A stretch of 32,420 bases of DNA from a virus. Taxonomy: Duplodnaviria > Heunggongvirae > Uroviricota > Caudoviricetes. A program made the translations under genes and the position numbers. Each line of letters begins with the position of its first letter. Within the stretch, counting starts at the first letter, position 1. The stretch is from the IMG/VR virus record IMGVR_UViG_3300048573_000453, positions 1-32,420 of that record; one strand, written 5' to 3'. Under the pieces are notes generated by a model. The model saw only the letters and a list, made by a program, of their open reading frames with translations, did not search any database and was not told the origin of the DNA. Positions 8,657 through 15,820 of the stretch are shown piece after piece.

Positions 8657-9426
8657 AATTAAAACAGCTATTTGAATCAGTAACTAAACAAGAAGTAGAA
8701 TCCATCCTTAAAAAATACGGGATTAAGAGCTATGTCATTAATGACGACTTGTCAGTAGATGTTGATGGAGATGTGGATCTAAGTAATGAGAAGCTAAGTT
8801 CGATTCCCGTGAATTTCGGGAAAGTTAGTGGAAATTTTCGGTGCTTTGGTAACCAATTAACCTCCTTACAAGGTGCACCTAAAGAAGTCGGTGGCAGTTT
8901 TGATTGCTCTGACAACAAATTGACAACTTTAGAAGGTGCACCAAGAGAAGTCGGTGAAAATTTTTACTGCTATCACAATAAATTAACTTTTCTGCAAGGC
9001 GCTCCTGGGGAAGTTGGTGGAAATTTTTATTGCTTTCGCAACAAATTAACCTCTTTACAAGGTGCACCTAGAGAAGTTGGTAGGGTTTTTGATTGCTCTG
9101 AAAACCAATTAACTTCATTGCAAGGTGCACCGAGAGGAGCAGGTGAGGATTTTTACTGCCATTTGAACCAATTAACCTCTTTACGGGGTTCTCCTAGAGA
9201 AGTGGGTGGGGATTTTTACTGCAATGATAACCCAAATCTGATTTCCTTACAGGGTTCTCCTAGAGAAGTTGGCGGGAGTTTTTATTGCCATAATAGCCAA
9301 TTAACCTCTTTGCAAGGAGGTCCTAGAGAAGTAGGTAAGAATTTTAATTGTATTGATAACCCAAATTTGACCTCACTTGACGGAATCGGCAATGTTGCTG
9401 GGCATATTTTTAGCGACCTATCATGA
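8653..9426 (+). CDS. LRR-like repeat protein 3 (9 units, one internal cap-like unit)
   Basis: Same architecture; internal NDNPNLISL unit is 1 aa longer. Confidence 0.9.
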   Translation: MKLKQLFESVTKQEVESILKKYGIKSYVINDDLSVDVDGDVDLSNEKLSSIPVNFGKVSGNFRCFGNQLTSLQGAPKEVGGSFDCSDNKLTTLEGAPREVGENFYCYHNKLTFLQGAPGEVGGNFYCFRNKLTSLQGAPREVGRVFDCSENQLTSLQGAPRGAGEDFYCHLNQLTSLRGSPREVGGDFYCNDNPNLISLQGSPREVGGSFYCHNSQLTSLQGGPREVGKNFNCIDNPNLTSLDGIGNVAGHIFSDLS

Positions 9427-10256
9427 AATTAAAACAGCTATTTGAATCAACTTCTAAACAAGAAGTGGAATCTATCCTTAAAAAATACGGGATTGACAAC
9501 TACGTAATTAACGACGACTTGTCAATAGATGTCGATGGTGATGTGGATTTAAGTTATAGTGGGTTAAGTTCAATCCCTGTCAATTTTGGGAAAGTCGGTG
9601 GCTATTTTGATTGCTTTGATAACCAATTAACATCCCTACAAGGTGCACCTAGAGAAGTTGGTGGGGATTTTGCTTGTTATAACAACAGATTGACAACTTT
9701 AGAAGGTGCGCCTAGGGAAGTCAACGGGGATTTTGACTGCTCTTACAACCAATTAACCTCTTTGCGAGGCGGGCCTAGAGAAGTCAACGGGCGTTTTTGG
9801 TGCTATAGCAACCAATTGTCCTCTTTACAAGGCGCTCCAAGAGAAGTAGGTGGGGATTTTGATTGCTTTGACAATCAATTGTCATCCCTACAAGGTGCAC
9901 CTAGAGAAGTTGGTGGGGATTTTAATTGCTCTGATAACCAATTAACATCCTTACAGGGCGCACCTAGAGAAGTTGGTGGAGATTTTGATTGTAATCGCAA
10001 CAAATTAGTCTCCTTACAAGGTGCTCCGAGAGAAGTTGGCGGGTATTTTAGTTGCGCCTACAACCAATTAACTTCTTTGCAAGGTGCTCCTAGAGAAGTT
10101 GGCGGGTATTTTAACTGCTTTGCCAATCAATTGACCTCCTTACAAGGTGCTCCGAGAGAAGTTGGTGGGAACTTTGTATGCTCTAATAACTCAAATTTGG
10201 CTTCTCTTGACGGAATCGGCAATGTTGCCGGCAGAATTGAAAGCAACCTATCATGA
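9423..10256 (+). CDS. LRR-like repeat protein 4 (10 units)
   Basis: Same architecture; ATGA overlap. Confidence 0.9.
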   Translation: MKLKQLFESTSKQEVESILKKYGIDNYVINDDLSIDVDGDVDLSYSGLSSIPVNFGKVGGYFDCFDNQLTSLQGAPREVGGDFACYNNRLTTLEGAPREVNGDFDCSYNQLTSLRGGPREVNGRFWCYSNQLSSLQGAPREVGGDFDCFDNQLSSLQGAPREVGGDFNCSDNQLTSLQGAPREVGGDFDCNRNKLVSLQGAPREVGGYFSCAYNQLTSLQGAPREVGGYFNCFANQLTSLQGAPREVGGNFVCSNNSNLASLDGIGNVAGRIESNLS

Positions 10257-10960
10257 AATTAAAACAATTATTTGAATCAACTTCTAAACAAGAAGTAAAA
10301 ACAATCTTAAAGAAGTATAAAATAACGAACTATACAATTAACGATGACTTGTTAGTCGATGTCGATGGGAATGTGTTCTTAAATGACAAGAACCTGAGTT
10401 CGATTCCAGTTAATTTTGGGAAGGTAAGCGGCGATTTTAATTGCTCTTTGAACCAATTAACTTCTTTAAAAGGGGTTCCTAGAGAAGTTGATGGCAATTT
10501 TAATTGCGCTTACAGCCAATTAACTTCCCTACAAGGCGCGCCTAAAGAAGTTGGTGGAGATTTTATTTGCTCTCATAACCAATTAACTTCTTTACAAGGT
10601 TCACCTAGGGAAGTAGGTGGAAATTTTTATTGCTCTCATAACCAATTAACATCCTTACAAGGCGCACCTAGAGAAGTCGGTGGAAATTTTTATTGCTATC
10701 GCAACAAATTAACCTCTTTGCAAGGTGCATCTAGGGAAGTGGGTGGGAGTTTTGATTGCTCTGAAAACCAATTAACATCCTTACAAGGTGCACCGAGAGA
10801 AGTAGGCGGGGCTTTTAATTGCTCTGGCAACCAATTAACCTCTTTAGAAGGTGCACCTAGAGAAGTAGGTGGGGATTTTTATTGCCGTTTTAACCCAAAA
10901 TTGACTTCTCTTGACGGAATCGGCAATGTTGCTGGGCACATTTTTAGCGATATATCATGA
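10253..10960 (+). CDS. LRR-like repeat protein 5 (8 units)
   Basis: Same architecture; 235 aa = 277 minus 2 units. Confidence 0.9.
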   Translation: MKLKQLFESTSKQEVKTILKKYKITNYTINDDLLVDVDGNVFLNDKNLSSIPVNFGKVSGDFNCSLNQLTSLKGVPREVDGNFNCAYSQLTSLQGAPKEVGGDFICSHNQLTSLQGSPREVGGNFYCSHNQLTSLQGAPREVGGNFYCYRNKLTSLQGASREVGGSFDCSENQLTSLQGAPREVGGAFNCSGNQLTSLEGAPREVGGDFYCRFNPKLTSLDGIGNVAGHIFSDIS

Positions 10961-11792
10961 AATTAAAACAATTATTTGAATCAACTTCTAAACAAGAAGT
11001 AGAATCCATTTTAAAGAAATATAAAATAACAAACTATACAATTAACGATGACTTGTCTGTAGATGTGGATGGAGATGTGGATCTAAGTCATAAGATGTTA
11101 AGTTCAATTCCTGTCAATTTCGGGAAAGTTAGCGGGGGGTTTTGATTGCTATAACAACCAATTAACTTCTTTAAAAGGTGCACCGAGAGAAGTCGGCGGG
11201 AATTTTTATTGTTCTGAAAACAAATTAGCCTCTTTACAAGGGCACCTAGGGAAGTAGGTGGGGATTTTTATTGCAATAACAACCAATTAACCTCTTTAAA
11301 AGGTGCGCCTAGAGAAGTTATTAAAAGTTTTGGATGCGCTCACAACAGATTAACAACTTTAGAAGGTTGCCCTAAGGAAGTTAATGGACATTTTTTTGAT
11401 TGCTCTTATAACAAATTAACTTCTTTAAAAGGAGCGCCTAACGAAGCTTTTGGAAATTTTGATTGCAAAGATAACCAATTAACTTCCTTACAAGGTGCAC
11501 CTAGGGAAGTAGGCGGGTATTTTGATTGTAAAGATAACCAATTAACTTCTTTAAAAGGTGCACCTAGGGAAGTAGGCGGGTATTTTAAATGTCATAACAA
11601 CCAATTAACCTCTTTACAAGGAGCTCCTAGGGAAGTTGGTGGGCATTTTTTTTGCACTTACAACCAATTAACTTCTTTACAAGGTGCACCTAGAGAAGTC
11701 GGCGGGAATTTTATTGCTGTAACAATCCGATGCTGAAAATGCTTGACGGAATCGGCAATGTTGCCGGGGAAATTGAAAGCGACCTATCGTGA
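10957..11792 (+). pseudogene. LRR-like repeat protein 6 (10 units), three frameshifts
   Basis: Extra G in G6 at 11134-11139 gives TGA 11143-11145; -1 at CAAGGGCACCT (~11237-11247); missing T in AATTTTATTGC (~11707-11717); C-cap ..GEIESDLS* ends 11792. Confidence 0.9.
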
Positions 11793-12553
11793 AATTAAAA
11801 CAGTTATTCGAATCAGTGTCTAAACAGGATGTAGAATCCATCCTAAAGAAATACGGGATTAAAAATTACGCAATTAACGATGACTTGTCAGTCGATGTTG
11901 ATGGGGATGTGGATTTGCGTCATAGGCAATTAGAAGAAATCCCAGTCAATTTCAGCAAAGTCAGCGGGGATTTTTATTGCCAGTTTAGCAAATTAACTTC
12001 TTTGCAAGGTGCACCTAGAAAAGTCGGAGGGGATTTTATCTGCTCTTCCAACCAATTAAAAACTTTAGAAGGTGCACCTAGAGAAGTGGGCGGGGATTTT
12101 ATCTGCTCTTCCAACAAATTGGCCTCTCTAAAAGGCGCTCCTAAAGAAGTCGATGGAGATTTTTCATGCGCTGATAACCAATTAACTTCTTTACAAGGTG
12201 CTCCTAGAGAAGTCAACGGGCGTTTTTGGTGCTATAGCAACAAATTGACCTCTTTGCAAGAAGGTCCTAGAGAAGTAGGTGGGGAGTTTAACTGCTCTGC
12301 CAACAAATTGACCTCTTTGCAAGGAGGTCCTAGAGAAGTAGGCGGAGACTTTGAGTGCTTTGCAAATCTATTAGTATCTTTACAGGGGGCACCAAGAGCA
12401 GTTGGCGGACATTTCGTGTGCGCCGATAATCCACATTTGATTTCCTTGCAAGGCGCGCCTAGAGAAGTCGGTGGGGACTTTGTCTGCTTTGATACCCCAA
12501 ATTTGACTTCTCTTGACGGAATCGGCAATGTTTCCGGAAGAATTAAGCGTTAG
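11789..12553 (+). CDS. LRR-like repeat protein 7 (9 units)
   Basis: GTG start overlapping the previous TGA; C-terminus 3 aa shorter (GRIKR*). Confidence 0.9.
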   Translation: MKLKQLFESVSKQDVESILKKYGIKNYAINDDLSVDVDGDVDLRHRQLEEIPVNFSKVSGDFYCQFSKLTSLQGAPRKVGGDFICSSNQLKTLEGAPREVGGDFICSSNKLASLKGAPKEVDGDFSCADNQLTSLQGAPREVNGRFWCYSNKLTSLQEGPREVGGEFNCSANKLTSLQGGPREVGGDFECFANLLVSLQGAPRAVGGHFVCADNPHLISLQGAPREVGGDFVCFDTPNLTSLDGIGNVSGRIKR

Positions 12554-12581
12554 ATAAAAAGCAAGCGGGCCTAAAAGCTTA

Positions 12582-13565
12582 TCACGAACGAGTCAAAAAT
12601 GCAGGCATTGGTGATACGCCAGTCATAACTGAAATAATATGCAAATGGTCGTCATACAATTCTAAGGAATTCAGAACCGTAGTCAGAGGAAACCATTCGC
12701 ACTTTGCTGCATCATCTGCTCCATTAGCACGAGGTAGACTTCCATCTGGATTCGGGCTCACTCGAATGTATACGGCAAGTGTATTCCGTGGAATTCCAAA
12801 TGAGCGAGCGGGCGAATCAAATATTTGTGTTTTTACAATGCTTCCGCGAAGAATCTTCTCGGGCACTCGAACATTGGTTTCCTCTTTAAGTTCGCGAATG
12901 GCGCAATCAAGGAATGTCTCATTGCCATTTTTAAATCCACCAGGAAGTGCCCATTGACCTGCCCCAGGCGCCCGTGCTCGTTGGATCAATAGAACATGGC
13001 CCTGACACTCAAGCACGGTATCTCCGCAGTTGAAATTCAGGGTTTCTGGGTATGGATATGAAGCAAAGGTCTTGGTTTCTTTTTGATAGTAATCCCAATC
13101 CTGCTTGACCGATATAGGCATTGCTGGGTCATTTGATACAAACATTTCGTTGCGGATTTGAGTCGCATTGATATCAATTTCGGCTGTGATATCAGAAAAT
13201 TTCCAATCAGGAAACCATGACAAGTAGAGATTTCCATCTTTGTAGTGACCAAACAAAATTGGCTTTTCATCTTCTACAAAATGTTCTACTGTGGCCCGAA
13301 CATCTGTGATCCACTGGCTATCGCTATAAGGGTAGTCATTGAGCGGAACGATCTCAACGTTGGTGATACCGTGAGAATGCAGAATCATTGCGATGTATGC
13401 TTTTCGCTCTATGTATGACCAGGGGTTTTTGATGCTTCTACATTGATTTGCAGAGCCAACAAGAAGAATAAGCGTTTCTACTTGTGATGCAGCAACTGTG
13501 ATTGCATGGATATGACCATCATGCAGTGGCTGGAAACGACCGATTAGGAAACCGATTTTCGACAT
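12582..13565 (-). CDS. nadM: Bifunctional NMN adenylyltransferase / ADP-ribose pyrophosphatase (NadM-Nudix; KVP40 NatV-like)
   Basis: IGRFQPLHDGH (HxGH), VGSAN..KNPWS, ATQIR, Nudix box ALPGGFKNGNETFLDCAIRELKEET, GADDA. Confidence 0.95.
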   Translation of the reverse strand: MSKIGFLIGRFQPLHDGHIHAITVAASQVETLILLVGSANQCRSIKNPWSYIERKAYIAMILHSHGITNVEIVPLNDYPYSDSQWITDVRATVEHFVEDEKPILFGHYKDGNLYLSWFPDWKFSDITAEIDINATQIRNEMFVSNDPAMPISVKQDWDYYQKETKTFASYPYPETLNFNCGDTVLECQGHVLLIQRARAPGAGQWALPGGFKNGNETFLDCAIRELKEETNVRVPEKILRGSIVKTQIFDSPARSFGIPRNTLAVYIRVSPNPDGSLPRANGADDAAKCEWFPLTTVLNSLELYDDHLHIISVMTGVSPMPAFLTRS

Positions 13566-13600
13566 TTTTAAGCTCCTTTAGAATGTCTTTGTTATTTAAT

Positions 13601-13975
13601 TTATTTTTTCAACGATTTGAAAAAGTTTGCTGGTGCTGCTTTGAGCATTGCTTTGAAAACTGCTCTCGCTGGAAGTTCATATTGTTCCTCCGAAGGCCAA
13701 CCTGCAACTGTAGGATTTTCTGATGTCCGGCCACACCGAAGGGTCAATTGACTGTCAAGTGCTTCTTCGCCAATCATCACCATCTCAATAGATGGCTCAG
13801 GGACAACAAGGGCCTGTTCTGAACCAGTAAAGTTCATTTCACTGACATAGAAGCACTTGCGTTCGCCGTCTTGATACTCAATGCAAATACCATCTTCATC
13901 TTTCAAGATGTCAGTTGCATGTTCACATGGGAGAAAATCTTTACCTACACCAATAATTTTAGCAACAGTTTTCAT
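13601..13975 (-). CDS. Hypothetical protein
   Basis: 124-aa ORF downstream of the promoter at 14004, upstream of nadM. Confidence 0.65.
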   Translation of the reverse strand: MKTVAKIIGVGKDFLPCEHATDILKDEDGICIEYQDGERKCFYVSEMNFTGSEQALVVPEPSIEMVMIGEEALDSQLTLRCGRTSENPTVAGWPSEEQYELPARAVFKAMLKAAPANFFKSLKK

Positions 13976-14003
13976 GATTTTTCTTTCAGTGGCATTTTGA
14001 TTG

Positions 14004-14012
14004 ATTATACCA
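14004..14012 (-). promoter_or_regulatory. Extended -10 promoter for the 13975-nadM unit
   Basis: TGGTATAAT; TTCACT at 17-nt spacing; short uORF MPLKEKS* overlaps ATG 13975. Confidence 0.6.
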
Positions 14013-14092
14013 TCAAAATAGCCTCAAGTGAATTGAAGCATGAAGTTTTAGCTTTCTTTAGTAGAAAGAACACGTGCGGGTTGCCCCCAGTT

Positions 14093-15052
14093 TTACGATA
14101 GGTCGCCTTCAATTCGACCAGCTACATTGCCTATTCCGCCAAGTGAGGCCAAATTTGGGTTATCAAGGCAAATAAAATCTCCGCCTACTTCCTTAGGAGC
14201 GCCCTGCAAAGAGGTTAATTCGTTGCTGCGGCAGAAAAAATGCCCACCCACTTCTCTAGGCGCGCCTTCTAGGGATGTTAATTGGTTGTAAGAGCAATTG
14301 AAGCTCCCACCAACTTCCCTAGGCGCACCTTCTAAAGATGTTAATTGGTTTTCAGAGCAGTAAAACTCAAAATAAACTTTTCTAGGAGAACCTTTTAGCG
14401 AAGTTAATTTATTTTTACCACAACTAAAAGTCCCACCGACGTCTCTAGGCGCACCTTCTAGGGATGCCAATTTATTACTAAAGCAATAAAAATCCCCACC
14501 TACTTCCCTAGGTGCTCCTTGTAAAGAGGTTAATTTGTTTTCAGAACAATAAAAATTTCCACCGACTTCTCTAGGTGCACCTTTTAAAAAAGTTAATTGG
14601 TTTTGAGAACAATTAAAAGCCCCAAATACTTCCCTAGGCGCACCTTCTAGGGATGCCAATTTATTACTAAAGCAATAAAAATTCCCACCGACATCTCTAG
14701 GTGCACCTCCTAGAGATGTTAATTGGTTGAAAGAGCAATTAAAATCCCCGCCTACTTCTCTAGGTGCACCTTGTAGGGATGTTAATTGGTTGCCAGAGCA
14801 ATTAAAAGCCCCGCCTACTTCCCTAGGCACGCCTTTTAAAAAAGTTAATTTATTAAAAGCGCACTTAAAGTCTCCACTGACCTTCCCAAAATTGACAGGA
14901 ATTGAACTCAGGTTCTCGTCATTTAAGACCACATCCCCATCAACATCAACCGACAGGTCATCATTGATAACGTAGTTCTCTATCTTATATTTCTTTAAGA
15001 TGGACTCTACACCTTGTTTAGAAGTTGATTCAAATAAATGTTTTAATTTCAT
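14093..15052 (-). CDS. LRR-like repeat protein 8 (12 units)
   Basis: MKLKHLFES leader; 319 aa = 277 plus 2 units. Confidence 0.9.
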   Translation of the reverse strand: MKLKHLFESTSKQGVESILKKYKIENYVINDDLSVDVDGDVVLNDENLSSIPVNFGKVSGDFKCAFNKLTFLKGVPREVGGAFNCSGNQLTSLQGAPREVGGDFNCSFNQLTSLGGAPRDVGGNFYCFSNKLASLEGAPREVFGAFNCSQNQLTFLKGAPREVGGNFYCSENKLTSLQGAPREVGGDFYCFSNKLASLEGAPRDVGGTFSCGKNKLTSLKGSPRKVYFEFYCSENQLTSLEGAPREVGGSFNCSYNQLTSLEGAPREVGGHFFCRSNELTSLQGAPKEVGGDFICLDNPNLASLGGIGNVAGRIEGDLS

Positions 15053-15819
15053 GATAGATCGCTTCTAATTCGTCCGGTTATATTGCCGATTCCGTCAAGG
15101 GATTGTAAATTTGGGTTTTTAGCGCAATCAAAATGCCCGCCAACTTCTCTAGGAGCACCTTCTAAAGATGTTAATTGGTTGTAAGAGCAGTAAAAACCCC
15201 CACCGACTTCTCTAGGAGCACCTTCTAAAGATGTTAATTGGTTGTCGGTACAATAAAAATTTCCATCGACTTCCCTAGGTGCGCCTTGTAAAGAAGTTAA
15301 TTGGTTTTGAGAACAATTAAAATTCCCGCCAACTTCTCTCGGCCCGCCCTTCAAAGAAGTCAATTTGTTGTTATAACAATTAAAACTACCGCCGACTTCT
15401 CTAGGTGCACCTTGCAAAGAAGTTAATTTATTGTCAGAACAATAAAAATTCCCGCCGACTTCTCTAGGTGCACCTTGTAAAGAGACCAATTGGTTACGAG
15501 AGCAATCAAAACGCCCGCTAATTTCCCTAGGCGCACCTTGTAAAGAAGCAAATTTATTAAAAGAGCAATTAAAATTACCGCCAACTTCCCCAGGCGCACC
15601 TTGTAAAGATGTTAATTTATTGTCAGAACACTTAAAGTCTCCACTGACTTTCCCAAAATTAATAGGAATTGAACTCAGGTTCTCGTCATTTAAATTCACA
15701 TCTCCATCGACATCTACAGACAAGTCATCATTGATAACGTAGTTCTCGATCTTATATTTCTTTAAGATAGATTCTACATCTTCTTTAGAAGTAGATTCGA
15801 ATAATTGCCTTAATTTCAT
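15049..15819 (-). CDS. LRR-like repeat protein 9 (9 units)
   Basis: Start reassigned to ATG 15819 (MKLRQLFES), 1 nt after the upstream stop. Confidence 0.9.
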   Translation of the reverse strand: MKLRQLFESTSKEDVESILKKYKIENYVINDDLSVDVDGDVNLNDENLSSIPINFGKVSGDFKCSDNKLTSLQGAPGEVGGNFNCSFNKFASLQGAPREISGRFDCSRNQLVSLQGAPREVGGNFYCSDNKLTSLQGAPREVGGSFNCYNNKLTSLKGGPREVGGNFNCSQNQLTSLQGAPREVDGNFYCTDNQLTSLEGAPREVGGGFYCSYNQLTSLEGAPREVGGHFDCAKNPNLQSLDGIGNITGRIRSDLS

Positions 15820-15820
15820 T

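Larger units (their letters stand above)
7200..12530 (+). repeat. 63-nt coding tandem repeats (65 units across 7 genes)
   Basis: Recurrent ..TTAACYTCTTTRCAAGGTGCACCTAGAGAAGTHGGYGG.. core with a variable segment in each unit. Confidence 0.95.

Noticed and set aside
12554-12581. Intrinsic terminator between the convergent LRR7 and nadM genes
   Set aside because: Only a weak 4-bp AAGC/GCTT pairing is visible, with no convincing stem
7200-15700. CRISPR array (constant ~35-nt segments alternating with variable segments)
   Set aside because: The period is 63 nt and in frame within long ORFs, the constant part varies at synonymous positions, the variable parts keep fixed F, C and N codons, and no cas genes or leader are present
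7053-15819. Diversity-generating retroelement acting on the LRR units
   Set aside because: Many variable codons are NNY, as expected from AAY mutagenesis, but TGG, AGG, AAG, GAG and CAG also occur and scaffold variation affects non-adenine bases. No reverse transcriptase, avd or invariant template repeat is in the window. An RT plus a template unit elsewhere in the genome would reopen this.
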